From IMG/VR virus record IMGVR_UViG_3300027770_000003: a stretch of DNA of 64,000 nt. One strand, 5' to 3'. The position numbers were made by a program, and so were the translations under genes. The stretch is from an uncultured virus (IMG/VR IMGVR_UViG_3300027770_000003) (lineage: Duplodnaviria; Heunggongvirae; Uroviricota; Caudoviricetes). Shown here piece after piece: positions 1-8,630 of this stretch; positions within the stretch are counted from its first letter, which is position 1; every line of letters begins with the position of its first letter. Under the pieces are notes generated by a model that was given only the letters and a program-made list of their open reading frames with translations, was not told the DNA's origin and did no database searches.

Positions 1-710
1 AAGAGCATCTGTGCAGACTTCCAGTCATCGTGATTGAAATCGCCCACAGTGGTGATCACACGCTTGGCTTCAGTGAGTGACATGACAGGTGAGTTGCCAG
101 TGAGGTCACTGTCGCTCAATGAACCACCAACTACTCGCTTGAGTACCCACACTGCCCCACCCTTACGATGTGATTTGACGAGACCGTAGAAGTCAAGATC
201 ATTGTTGCCAGTATGTGATGCGAGTGCGAAGTAATACTCACTGCTCTCATCAATCACTGACCACTCAGCAACAGCATCATTCACGAACGCTTCCATGTGT
301 CGGTGCAGTTGTGATCCATCTTTGACTTCATCACTGCACATTCCATCTTGATGAATTGTGACCCACTTTGAGTTGCTGAGTTGGCAAGCCAAGCCAGTTG
401 CTGAAGCGACATCGTGTCCACAAACTTGACATGGCTTTGCGAAACGATTTGGAATCACTCGCAATGGATTTACGATGCCAGCAGTGTTGAGAGCCGATTC
501 AGTTTTCGGATCGGCTTGCTTGGTGACTTTGACTGCAAGCAACATATTGATCAACTGTGATGCATCAGCCGATGAGTAGTTGGCTTGCTTCGCAAAGATG
601 AACTCGCTTGCCGATGTCGGTGTTGGATCAATGCCCAACAAACCTGCTCGCTCAATTACAAGATTCACTGCAAAGTTCAACTGCTTTTCTGACATTGGAT
701 TTTCTGACAT
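1..710 (-). CDS. Hypothetical early protein, DUF6011-like; 3' end lies outside the window
   Basis: Manually translated ORF MSENPMSEKQLNF..., open to the window edge; CxxC (CQVC) and NNDLDFY segment; AAAGGA RBS upstream. Confidence 0.6.
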   Translation of the reverse strand, partial: MSENPMSEKQLNFAVNLVIERAGLLGIDPTPTSASEFIFAKQANYSSADASQLINMLLAVKVTKQADPKTESALNTAGIVNPLRVIPNRFAKPCQVCGHDVASATGLACQLSNSKWVTIHQDGMCSDEVKDGSQLHRHMEAFVNDAVAEWSVIDESSEYYFALASHTGNNDLDFYGLVKSHRKGGAVWVLKRVVGGSLSDSDLTGNSPVMSLTEAKRVITTVGDFNHDDWKSAQML

Positions 711-742
711 GACTACCGTCCTTTGGTTTGGTTGATGGCTCA

Positions 743-772
743 AGTGTATGTCCGATGACAATGGAAATACAA
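743..772 (-). promoter_or_regulatory. SigA-like promoter TTGTAT-N18-TACACT
   Basis: Consensus-like boxes between a terminator and the RBS of the gene starting at 710. Confidence 0.55.
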
Positions 773-790
773 CTACTCAATTTGGGGCGT

Positions 791-834
791 AAATAACAAT
801 AATCCCCCAACCCCCGATCATGGGGCTGAGGGAT
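791..834 (-). terminator. Intrinsic terminator
   Basis: ATCCCTCAGCCCC...GGGGTTGGGGGAT stem followed by a U-rich tail, downstream of the stop at 859. Confidence 0.65.
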
Positions 835-858
835 CATTGAGACCATTACAGACTTTTA

Positions 859-1473
859 CTAACTGTGAGCATCCTCTGACTGGTGCAAGGCACTCAATTC
901 AGCACCACGAGTGTCACCATCATCACCATCTTCGGTTGCGATTTTGACTGCCATCTCCATGATTGCACTTCCCATTTCAGCAGTGAAGAAAAACTGACCA
1001 AATCGCACACCATCACGCCATGCCAAGCGAACCTGTCCATCTGCAATCGCTGTCCACTTCACTCCATTCACAATGTCACGGCGTGACAAGCGTGTGAAGA
1101 TTCCATCTTTGGCAACACGATCAACTGTTGAAAGACTCATGTCGTACTGTTCCACTTCCATGAAACATTCTGTGAAACCAATCGGATGACAGATCGCTGA
1201 GTAATCGTTGTCAATGCCGACATTCTTCCAGCCACCTTCACCAGCGAACTCGGAGAGCAGAACACCTTTGACAAGTTCGTCAGTGAATTGTGATGTTTCT
1301 GTCCATGTGTATCGCTGTGGTGTGTTGTTAAGATCTTCCATCGCTTCCATCACTCCACACTCGGAGCAGATCTCGGTCTTATTGTCTCGGCGTGAAAGTG
1401 CTCCACAATATTCTCCAGCATGAAGCCGATTTGGAATTGGCTCGGAGCAAAGAGGACACATTTTGATTTTCAT
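859..1473 (-). CDS. Hypothetical protein with N-terminal Zn-ribbon
   Basis: CPLC...ALSRRDNKTEICSECG; start moved to the ATG at 1473 behind an AAAGGA RBS. Confidence 0.7.
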   Translation of the reverse strand: MKIKMCPLCSEPIPNRLHAGEYCGALSRRDNKTEICSECGVMEAMEDLNNTPQRYTWTETSQFTDELVKGVLLSEFAGEGGWKNVGIDNDYSAICHPIGFTECFMEVEQYDMSLSTVDRVAKDGIFTRLSRRDIVNGVKWTAIADGQVRLAWRDGVRFGQFFFTAEMGSAIMEMAVKIATEDGDDGDTRGAELSALHQSEDAHS

Positions 1474-1504
1474 TTCAGTTCCTTTCGGTTGGTTTACAAA
1501 CTCA

Positions 1505-1532
1505 AAGTTATCACTTCGGAATGGCTTTGCAA
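1505..1532 (-). promoter_or_regulatory. SigA-like promoter TTGCAA-N16-TAACTT with extended TG, abutting a motif copy
   Basis: Intergenic position; motif copy ends immediately 5' of the -35 box. Confidence 0.5.
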
Positions 1533-1554
1533 GGACATTACAAACATTTGAGAT

Positions 1555-1585
1555 ACAGAAAAGCCCCAGCCTTTCGGCTGAGGCT
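1555..1585 (-). terminator. Intrinsic terminator
   Basis: AGCCTCAGCC-GAAA-GGCTGGGGCT-TTTC after the stop at 1611. Confidence 0.8.
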
Positions 1586-1610
1586 CTTCTACTTGCTTCT
1601 GATGGGGGAA

Positions 1611-2669
1611 TCAGGCGCAAACTTCGGTGAGCCTTTCCAACACCATCTTGTCGTAATCGGCTTGCTGATTGCTCAAGAGCCTTGAGTAGTTCCTGTTGTA
1701 GCGATTCTTATCGCCACCACTGAAGTGTTGGTGGAAGGTGGTTGTGGCTTGGACAACACCAAGTGCTGTGTTCTTCCAAGGGGTCACTCGTGCATCATCA
1801 CGCCACAAGTTCTCCAGCAAGTCACGCTTCGGATTCTGCTTGCCAGCAGAGCGAGTGTCAGGTGTTGATGTCTTCACTGTGATCATCTTGCCAGCCTCAT
1901 CAGTCGTGATGATTTCTGCCAAGTTGATTGGGAAGAGATCTTCCACCAATGCTGTGAACTGGTTGTCAGTGACTGCCCATGCACTCAACTTCTCAAGTGC
2001 GAGCAACATATCGTCCGATGTCTTGAACACGATGTCCAAAGCATTGCGAACCGATGTGAGATCTCCCATTGAGTTTCCACTGTGACGGAACTTGATCTGC
2101 TGACCTTGCTCGCCAAGTGCCATTGCAAGTGTGTTGTCGCAAACCACTGCCTGCATCACACGCTTGATGATGGTTTGATTCTTTCCATCATGCGATGTTG
2201 TTGCGAGAAGTGTTGGGCGAAACTCAAACCCTGCTGATGATGTCACTGAATCAGGAACTGAGATCTGAACCCAACCACGAGCCGACTTTGTGAGAAGTCC
2301 TGCTGAGTCAATTCCGAGTTCTGATGAGTCAATGATTTGATTCAAGTTGTCCAACAACACTTCGCCGTACTGGTGGATCTGATAACGATCCGACACCACG
2401 CCGAACACATTGCCATCTTTTCCGTGAACGATTGCTTGTGTGTTTTCAATCTGACGGTAGTAGCCCTCTTCGGTCTGCTGGAACACTGGACGAGACACTG
2501 CCTCAAAGTTGAACAGTCTGCGCCGAACATCTTCCACTGGAATGAATCCATCGTAAGAGTTTGGCTCATCGCCCTGATCTTCTGCTCGCCAATGCCATGC
2601 CTTGCCACGCTTCAACACATTGCCGATTAAGGTCATTGTGTTGAGCCACTTGCTGGTCTCTGCACTCAT
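1611..2669 (-). CDS. DUF932 / TIGR03299 phage-plasmid-like protein
   Basis: LLATTSHDGK, VVCDNTL and FRHS motifs typical of DUF932. Confidence 0.8.
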   Translation of the reverse strand: MSAETSKWLNTMTLIGNVLKRGKAWHWRAEDQGDEPNSYDGFIPVEDVRRRLFNFEAVSRPVFQQTEEGYYRQIENTQAIVHGKDGNVFGVVSDRYQIHQYGEVLLDNLNQIIDSSELGIDSAGLLTKSARGWVQISVPDSVTSSAGFEFRPTLLATTSHDGKNQTIIKRVMQAVVCDNTLAMALGEQGQQIKFRHSGNSMGDLTSVRNALDIVFKTSDDMLLALEKLSAWAVTDNQFTALVEDLFPINLAEIITTDEAGKMITVKTSTPDTRSAGKQNPKRDLLENLWRDDARVTPWKNTALGVVQATTTFHQHFSGGDKNRYNRNYSRLLSNQQADYDKMVLERLTEVCA

Positions 2670-2721
2670 GATTGTTACCTTTATTCTTTCCGACCCGTAG
2701 GTCTTTTGGTTGTAGAAGAAC

Positions 2722-2751
2722 ATCATAACCATGCCCACGCTGTTATTGCAA
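2722..2751 (-). promoter_or_regulatory. SigA-like promoter TTGCAA-N18-TATGAT
   Basis: Lies between a terminator and the DUF932 gene; shares upstream TTGAGTA(A)G with the promoter at 743-772. Confidence 0.55.
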
Positions 2752-2780
2752 CTTACTCAAACAATAAAGATTTGAGCCAT

Positions 2781-2817
2781 ATAACACAAGATCCCCAGCC
2801 ACTTGGACTGGGGATCT
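2781..2817 (-). terminator. Intrinsic terminator
   Basis: AGATCCCCAG...CTGGGGATCT stem followed by TGTGTTAT. Confidence 0.7.
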
Positions 2818-2858
2818 CATGCTTGTCTTTTGATGAACTCAGGACATTACAGACTTTT

Positions 2859-3275
2859 CTAAGCGAACAACGACCTGATCGCATCATTGAGAAAACCTAC
2901 TGCTTCGCCTTCATCATAAACTGGATTCTCCCAGTCATCAGAGAAGCGAACAGCACTTGCTGTTTCTGTTGCGTTGGCACAAATAACTACCAACACTCGC
3001 CTGCGCTCAGGGTGCATTGATGGTGGAATCATTTGCTCACCAACATTGTTTGGAGAAGCCCAGCCACAAGTCGTGACGATGACACTGTCTGATGCGATTG
3101 CCACTGCTGATGTAAGTGGATTTTCCAACATCTCGTAGATGTCACCATGTTCCATGATGAGTGTCGTTGATTCTCCACTCACGCTGTAGAAACTTGACTT
3201 CTTTGCTTCTGCCTTTTCTCTTCCGAACATACTTGAATTGCTCAAGTATTTCAGAGTTTCCATTGCTGTGCTCAT
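2859..3275 (-). CDS. Hypothetical protein
   Basis: 138-aa ORF with AAAGGAG RBS; PPSMHPERRRV segment. Confidence 0.75.
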   Translation of the reverse strand: MSTAMETLKYLSNSSMFGREKAEAKKSSFYSVSGESTTLIMEHGDIYEMLENPLTSAVAIASDSVIVTTCGWASPNNVGEQMIPPSMHPERRRVLVVICANATETASAVRFSDDWENPVYDEGEAVGFLNDAIRSLFA

Positions 3276-3344
3276 TCATTGCTCCTTTGGTTTGGTTATT
3301 TCGGATCTAACTTTGGAATCGCTTTGACAATACATTACAGAGTT

Positions 3345-3500
3345 TTATTTCATTTCGTAATAGTTACCGTTTTTAGTTTGTGCGAGTCCAGTGTAAATAA
3401 TTACTTGACCATCGTTGTCCTCATCAAGGCTGGCAGTTGGAATAAGTTCTTCCAACTTGGTACGCAATTCTTCACCGTTAATAATCACTGTGGTTTTCAT
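3345..3500 (-). CDS. Small hypothetical protein (51 aa)
   Basis: MKTTVIINGEEL...; TAATG-coupled to the upstream gene; not in the ORF track. Confidence 0.65.
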   Translation of the reverse strand: MKTTVIINGEELRTKLEELIPTASLDEDNDGQVIIYTGLAQTKNGNYYEMK

Positions 3501-3814
3501 TAGTCCTCACACTCACAATCCTCAAGCGACTCTTCGCACATTGAGCAATCACCTTCGTAGTCATCGTCCTCTTCATCATCTGTGTCCATTGCATCAATGT
3601 CCATTGCATCAACTGAGAACCATGACATCACTGTCATGAGAACATTGTCGTAGTCACCTGATGTTGCTTCGGAGCGAAATGCTTGAACCTGATCACTCAG
3701 TCCGTTTCGCTTGAGTGCCTGAGTGCATCGTGCCATGATTGCAAATGCATTTCCATCTTCACCCACCAAATCAATGGTGATGTTTGGATACTTTGGCTCA
3801 TCTGTCTTTAACAT
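3500..3814 (-). CDS. Hypothetical phage protein with acidic Cys-rich tail
   Basis: LVGEDGNAFAI...SGDYDNVL conserved small phage-protein motif. Confidence 0.75.
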   Translation of the reverse strand: MLKTDEPKYPNITIDLVGEDGNAFAIMARCTQALKRNGLSDQVQAFRSEATSGDYDNVLMTVMSWFSVDAMDIDAMDTDDEEDDDYEGDCSMCEESLEDCECED

Positions 3815-3843
3815 TTTGTTCTTACCTTTCGTTGGTTGGTTTG

Positions 3844-4281
3844 TTACTTACTTGCTTCATTCAACACTCTAGCAACATTTACTCGCATCTCATCAACGAA
3901 CCGATCCCACATCCAGTCGCTGTTTACGGAGTCGGCAAATGATTGAAGTTTCTCGGTGCTGAGATTGAGCAGGATTTTCTGAGTCTCATATGAGTCTGCG
4001 TACATCTCAATGTTGGAGTGGATTTCATCCCTGATTGCGTTGGGGCTAAATGCGATGCAGTTGAGATAGTTCAGATCGCCGTAACCACATCCTTTGAGAA
4101 TGGACATTACAGAGTTTCCTTCATCATCAGCAATTTCTGCAATCGCATCATCGTCACCTTCACGGAATGACTCTTGTTGCTCCTCAGTCAATTCATTGAG
4201 ATCAACAAGAACTAATTGTTCAATGTGCATGAATGTTCCGTTGTCTACATCAACAATTACTTTGTCTGTTTGCGTAGCCAT
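3844..4281 (-). CDS. Hypothetical acidic protein
   Basis: 145-aa ORF, TAATG coupling. Confidence 0.7.
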   Translation of the reverse strand: MATQTDKVIVDVDNGTFMHIEQLVLVDLNELTEEQQESFREGDDDAIAEIADDEGNSVMSILKGCGYGDLNYLNCIAFSPNAIRDEIHSNIEMYADSYETQKILLNLSTEKLQSFADSVNSDWMWDRFVDEMRVNVARVLNEASK

Positions 4282-4643
4282 TACTTGCCCCCTCTGCGTG
4301 TGTAATCGTCTACTGCATCAATGATGTTGTCTGAGTAATCGCCAGTGCTAGCAGAGAAATCTTTCTCTCCTGCAACAACTGCCCACACTGCATACGGATC
4401 ACGATCATTTGCATCTTTCATGCAGATTGTAATCCACGATGCGAGTGTGTCACCAACAACACGATTTGTCTTTTTGGTGCAAGCAATCACTACTGCGCCG
4501 TTGTGAAGAATCGTGCCGATTTCCAATTCGTTATTTCTTGGATCTGATTTCACAATAAGATCTGTTCTTCCACTGCTCAACACTTCGTCCACAAACTGCT
4601 TGAACACTTTGTTGTATTTCTCGGAATAGTCTTCGGATGTCAT
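4281..4643 (-). CDS. Hypothetical protein
   Basis: 120-aa ORF with AAAGGAG RBS. Confidence 0.7.
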   Translation of the reverse strand: MTSEDYSEKYNKVFKQFVDEVLSSGRTDLIVKSDPRNNELEIGTILHNGAVVIACTKKTNRVVGDTLASWITICMKDANDRDPYAVWAVVAGEKDFSASTGDYSDNIIDAVDDYTRRGGK

Positions 4644-4697
4644 TACTTGCTCCTTTTGTTGGTTTGGAATAAATACATTACAGACTTATTTGGACAA

Positions 4698-4763
4698 TTA
4701 CTCCCACATGAGCCAAAAAAAGAAAATGGTCAGAATGAGTGAGGTAATTAGCATTGTTGTCAT
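4698..4763 (-). CDS. Hydrophobic micropeptide (21 aa)
   Basis: MTTMLITSLILTIFFFWLMWE; ATGA overlap with the upstream stop. Confidence 0.45.
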   Translation of the reverse strand: MTTMLITSLILTIFFFWLMWE

Positions 4764-5050
4764 ACTGCGCCAGCCAGTCCGAGTAAGCATTTGAGAGTGT
4801 AGAAGCGTGGCAATGATGTATCAAAGCACTCGTCACAAGTAACCCCATCGGGGAACAGATCAGTGTCCATCTCAAATGTAAAATCTTTATCAAATGACTC
4901 AAGTGTGTGGGCGCAGTCAAGACATACCCATCTGTCTTCTAATGCTCCTGAATCAGAATCGGTGTAATAACCAAGCACCTCGCACTGCATCAACCAATCA
5001 ATCAATCTCTTTGGAATGATCCGTAAGGGAAATCCGTAGTTACCTCGCAT
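4760..5050 (-). CDS. Hypothetical Zn-binding protein
   Basis: CLDC...CDEC pairs; GGAG RBS. Confidence 0.65.
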   Translation of the reverse strand: MRGNYGFPLRIIPKRLIDWLMQCEVLGYYTDSDSGALEDRWVCLDCAHTLESFDKDFTFEMDTDLFPDGVTCDECFDTSLPRFYTLKCLLGLAGAV

Positions 5051-5267
5051 TTGTAGTCTCCTGTTCGTGCTTGTATTTTGTGATCCAGTCTTGTGCATCA
5101 CTGTCAGACATTACTTCTGCATCCCATGCAACATCAAAACCTGCATCATCACTAAATGTTGGTTGCCCTTGATTGCCCCAACTGATCATTGCGAGATCTT
5201 CTGATTCTGCTTCAACCAAGAATGAGTGCTCAATATTTTGGGAGACTCTTACGATGTAGTAAGTCAT
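5040..5267 (-). CDS. Hypothetical protein
   Basis: 75-aa ORF with GAGG RBS. Confidence 0.65.
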   Translation of the reverse strand: MTYYIVRVSQNIEHSFLVEAESEDLAMISWGNQGQPTFSDDAGFDVAWDAEVMSDSDAQDWITKYKHEQETTNAR

Positions 5268-5443
5268 GATGCCACCTCTTCAATGGACATTACAGCCTTA
5301 TTGCGTGTGATGAATGATGACAGAGCCAATTTCCCAGCCAGTTTTGCTCCGTCAGTATCTTCGGACTCAACCAAGACATGGCGAGACATTTGAGTGTTGG
5401 CTCGCTTTACTTTCCAAGTTGCTGTAGCAATGTACGTTTTCAT
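5264..5443 (-). CDS. Small hypothetical protein (59 aa)
   Basis: MKTYIATATWKV...; AGGAG RBS; ATGA coupling. Confidence 0.6.
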   Translation of the reverse strand: MKTYIATATWKVKRANTQMSRHVLVESEDTDGAKLAGKLALSSFITRNKAVMSIEEVAS

Positions 5444-5451
5444 AAGTTCTC

Positions 5452-5730
5452 CTAAAGATAAGTGATTTGTTCAATGTTCTTGAATGGAATAGTGACACCT
5501 TCAAGATGCTCATCCATCTCGTAGTCGGTGGTCACTGTAATCATGTCATCATCTGAGTCAGTAGCAGACTGGGTAACTGCTTCAACATAACACGAGTAGA
5601 AATCATTTGTGTATGTATGAATGTCTACAAGTGAACCAATCAAGGCTTTGATGTGTGGTGAATCTGCTGGCTGGCAGTCAGAAGACATCCGAACAATGAG
5701 TTGATGAGTACCACCACGATGATTGATCAT
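5452..5730 (-). CDS. Hypothetical protein
   Basis: ORF coupled by an ATGA overlap. Confidence 0.6.
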   Translation of the reverse strand: MINHRGGTHQLIVRMSSDCQPADSPHIKALIGSLVDIHTYTNDFYSCYVEAVTQSATDSDDDMITVTTDYEMDEHLEGVTIPFKNIEQITYL

Positions 5731-6278
5731 TTTGTACCCCATTTGATAATCGTTTCATATGTGTGTTCCAATCCATATGATTTGACAACAAAGTCTTCAG
5801 TAGGTGGCATACCTGTCATCATTCTTTTCAGTTGCTCTTCACCATCTTCGCAGTAGAAGAAGATCTTGTCATCTCGTTGTCCAAACGAATCAAAGTCTTC
5901 ACTGATCTCAGAGTCGTATTCTCCAAATGAAATGTATTGCTCTTCCATAATTCCTGAGTCGTACCACTGAATGATGCAGTGCGCTCCAAGTGCTGTTTTG
6001 TGTTCAGACATTACAGGTTTTTCCTTTGCTGTTGGTTGTTGATGGTTGAACTCTGCTTCATCATAGTCCTTTGCAGGATTATAAAAGTCATCATATGTGC
6101 GAACAATGTGGGGTGAGCGCAATGGAATGAATTGAACAGCAACATTGTTTGGTTGCTCGTCAAACCACGCTTGTGCCTCAGCACCATTCGCAAATGCTCC
6201 AAAGTACCGATCATGTCTACCTGATTGCACAAGAGCGATCAACGGAGTATTTGGAAACTCGTCTTTAAGAGATCCCAT
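5727..6278 (-). CDS. Hypothetical protein, possibly with a second in-frame start at 6011
   Basis: Start reassigned to MGSLKDEF; internal AAAGGA RBS followed by ATG. Confidence 0.6.
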   Translation of the reverse strand: MGSLKDEFPNTPLIALVQSGRHDRYFGAFANGAEAQAWFDEQPNNVAVQFIPLRSPHIVRTYDDFYNPAKDYDEAEFNHQQPTAKEKPVMSEHKTALGAHCIIQWYDSGIMEEQYISFGEYDSEISEDFDSFGQRDDKIFFYCEDGEEQLKRMMTGMPPTEDFVVKSYGLEHTYETIIKWGTK

Positions 6279-6381
6279 TGGCTTCTTCCCAGTCAAGTAA
6301 TGCGTAAGCCCATGTGTTGCAGTCAGTGCATGGGCATTTTGATTCATGCCCTTCAGGCTGTTGTGGTGGTTCGTTTGTCAT
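6265..6381 (-). CDS. Small His/Cys-rich protein (38 aa)
   Basis: MTNEPPQQPEGHESKCPCTDCNTW... Confidence 0.45.
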   Translation of the reverse strand: MTNEPPQQPEGHESKCPCTDCNTWAYALLDWEEANGIS

Positions 6382-6440
6382 AATCTCATTTAATCAGATC
6401 GGAATGGACATTGCAACCTTTTTCCAAACTTTATTTAGGA

Positions 6441-6542
6441 ACACAAAAGCCCCACACCCTGAAAGGATAAATAGGTGTGGGGCTATACCTACCAACCAAA
6501 GTAGGTTTGTGCTTTGCATCCACAACATCTAGTGATGTGGAT
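6441..6542 (-). ncRNA. Candidate ~100-nt three-hairpin small RNA ending in an intrinsic terminator
   Basis: -10-like TAAAGT at 6546-6551; stems at 6518-6542, 6487-6506 and 6448-6484 followed by TTTT; no ORF. Confidence 0.5.
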
Positions 6543-6555
6543 CAAACTTTAAGAA

Positions 6556-6774
6556 CTACCAGCGAACACTAATAAAGTTATGTGTGTCTTGACTGATGAC
6601 TTCTTTGTGGAACGGATCGTGGAGCGAGCCACGCAACATCTCTGCAATATCGGGTCTGTGTGCTGACATTGTGTTAAAGAATGTCTGCCCATATCTCCAT
6701 TCATTCCCTAACTTTTCATGGTTCGCTAACACCTTCGCAAGAAACTCTTCGTAGGTCATTTCATTTGTAGTCAT
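6556..6774 (-). CDS. Hypothetical protein
   Basis: WRYGQTFFN...DPFH small phage-protein motif. Confidence 0.7.
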   Translation of the reverse strand: MTTNEMTYEEFLAKVLANHEKLGNEWRYGQTFFNTMSAHRPDIAEMLRGSLHDPFHKEVISQDTHNFISVRW

Positions 6775-7208
6775 TATCTCGCCTCGCATAAGAGTGTAAT
6801 TGCAGTTTGCACAGCAGTGAATATGTTATGTGATGCACCCATTACAAAGTTTTGGTTCATCGGATCAACTATCTCAAAGTATGGATTTTCAAGATACTTA
6901 AACTTCTTCTTTTCTAATACCAACTCATCTAACTGAGCGTCAGTAGTAATACCCCACTGCCATAGTTGAGTCTCATTGACCAACTCACTACGAGCAGGGT
7001 ACTTTCCAAGAACCTCAATTCTGAGATTTCCTGCTACTCGGACTACACAACTATGAAGCATTGTGTATGCATAAGCAACAGTTTTGTTTTCCAAGCCGAC
7101 ATACCACTCTGCTCCCTTCTGATCAAGGTTCGGAGCGACATTCCAAGTGACCATTGGCAAGGACATTACAGAGTTATTTGTGAAGTTAATGTCTCCAGTA
7201 GTTTTCAT
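6774..7208 (-). CDS. Hypothetical protein
   Basis: 144-aa ORF with GAGG RBS. Confidence 0.65.
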   Translation of the reverse strand: MKTTGDINFTNNSVMSLPMVTWNVAPNLDQKGAEWYVGLENKTVAYAYTMLHSCVVRVAGNLRIEVLGKYPARSELVNETQLWQWGITTDAQLDELVLEKKKFKYLENPYFEIVDPMNQNFVMGASHNIFTAVQTAITLLCEAR

Positions 7209-7214
7209 CGTCTG

Positions 7215-7511
7215 TTATTCCTCATCTCTGTAAAGTTTTACTCTGACCTTGCCCAACTCAAATCCCTTGTCAGTGAGAATGTCGTTGGTGTCAGAATCAA
7301 CTGGGTAAGCAAAGGCTGTCAAGTATTTCGTGCCATAGATGTAGAAGTTGAGTGCGTATTTCCTAAACTCTTTGTCAGGGTAATACCACTCATCATGATC
7401 CGAATAAAAGCGTTCATTGTTATTAGTTAATGCTGACAAATAACCTTGAGCAAATAACCACAATGCAGTCATGTCTGCCCCGATTGCCTCATTAAGTTTC
7501 TTACGAGCCAT
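7215..7511 (-). CDS. Hypothetical protein
   Basis: 98-aa ORF with AAGGAG RBS. Confidence 0.7.
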   Translation of the reverse strand: MARKKLNEAIGADMTALWLFAQGYLSALTNNNERFYSDHDEWYYPDKEFRKYALNFYIYGTKYLTAFAYPVDSDTNDILTDKGFELGKVRVKLYRDEE

Positions 7512-7522
7512 TACTTTCTCCT

Positions 7523-7888
7523 TTAGATAGAACGGTAAACCGAGTCCACATAGTTTTCTTCTTGCCAGTCACTGAAATCTTCGTACTTGTCCACTTCAAT
7601 TTCCACATAGGGATCATATGCAGGATCATTCTCAAATGGCAACTCTGTAATGAAATATCCGATCCGATTTACCATTTGGTATCCATTGACAATGTATGTT
7701 CCATCATCACCATCAACCCATGTCCAGACTTTGTCTGGCTCAGAGTTAGCCATCTGAACAACATAAACAATGTCAGGAGCATATGTCTCAAACAGAGTTC
7801 CATTCCAACTTGCGTCTTTGGTGATGTGGTTTGTTACTGGCTTGTATTTCTCTGACCACTCATCAACTGGATCAAGTTTCGTGCTCAT
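7523..7888 (-). CDS. Hypothetical protein
   Basis: FETY...VWTWVDGD...NRIGYFITE conserved phage-family motif. Confidence 0.75.
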   Translation of the reverse strand: MSTKLDPVDEWSEKYKPVTNHITKDASWNGTLFETYAPDIVYVVQMANSEPDKVWTWVDGDDGTYIVNGYQMVNRIGYFITELPFENDPAYDPYVEIEVDKYEDFSDWQEENYVDSVYRSI

Positions 7889-8001
7889 TTGTTGTTCTGC
7901 ATTTCGCTCCATGAAATCATGCTTTCATCATCCTTTGGGTCTTTCTTTAACAGTTTGCACCACTCTAAATAAGTGATGTCATCATCAAATACTTTAATCA
8001 T
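7885..8001 (-). CDS. Small hypothetical protein (38 aa)
   Basis: MIKVFDDDITYLEWCK...; AAGGAG RBS. Confidence 0.5.
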   Translation of the reverse strand: MIKVFDDDITYLEWCKLLKKDPKDDESMISWSEMQNNK

Positions 8002-8194
8002 TGTCTGTCTCCTTAAGTTTTTGCATCAACTTTACTCGGCTATGCAGGTTGTTAATTAGGGCTTTCATTTGTTTTTCCGTGATAACGCTCTGTAGCGCAC
8101 CTGCTAGAAACTCTGTGGAATTGTCGCCCCATAAAGATCGTGAAAGTTCCACGAGTGTGTTCGCTGTGTAATGAAGTTCTACTTCTTTAATCAT
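7994..8194 (-). CDS. Hypothetical protein
   Basis: 66-aa ORF in a coupled gene string. Confidence 0.6.
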   Translation of the reverse strand: MIKEVELHYTANTLVELSRSLWGDNSTEFLAGALQSVITEKQMKALINNLHSRVKLMQKLKETDND

Positions 8195-8394
8195 TTAGGA
8201 GTCTCAAACTCGTCTACGACTACTGAGCGCAACTTGGAAGCATCGTAATCCCAAACACTTCCTTCCCATCCTTGCCGTTCTACAAACTCGGTGATTGCAA
8301 GTTGGTTTACTGCGTCCTCACTAAGTTCAATGACGCTCTCAATGAGGATTCTGAATGTCGCTGGAACGGTGACATTACAATAATATGTGATCAT
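8191..8394 (-). CDS. Hypothetical protein
   Basis: 67-aa ORF in a coupled gene string. Confidence 0.6.
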   Translation of the reverse strand: MITYYCNVTVPATFRILIESVIELSEDAVNQLAITEFVERQGWEGSVWDYDASKLRSVVVDEFETPK

Positions 8395-8630
8395 GCTGAT
8401 GTTCCTGACTCAATGCCAAGAATGGAATCGTGGAGCAATTCCCACACATTGCTGTTGATGTGCTGGTATCCCTCTTCATTGTCAAACTCTCCGACAGCGT
8501 TTTCCCATGCTTCATCTGAAATTGGATTGTCTTCACCATCATTGAATAAGTCTTTGCACCACCATGAGATGCAAATCTCTTCGTCAGGTTTGTATGTTTG
8601 CAACATTTCAATCGCTTCTGATACTTTCAT
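8391..8630 (-). CDS. Hypothetical protein
   Basis: MKVSEAIEMLQ...; AAGGAG RBS. Confidence 0.65.
   Translation of the reverse strand: MKVSEAIEMLQTYKPDEEICISWWCKDLFNDGEDNPISDEAWENAVGEFDNEEGYQHINSNVWELLHDSILGIESGTSA

Noticed and set aside
1474..1620. N-terminal extensions in the ORF track (e.g. 859..1620, 1611..2738, 34548..35291, 41152..41490)
   Set aside because: They run through terminators, promoters or upstream genes; downstream ATGs have proper RBS or coupling
4279..7515. CATTACT hits at 4279, 4641 and 7509 as motif copies
   Set aside because: Explained by TAATG stop-start overlaps or RBS-ATG spacing, and they lack the CA(G) and T-tract flank
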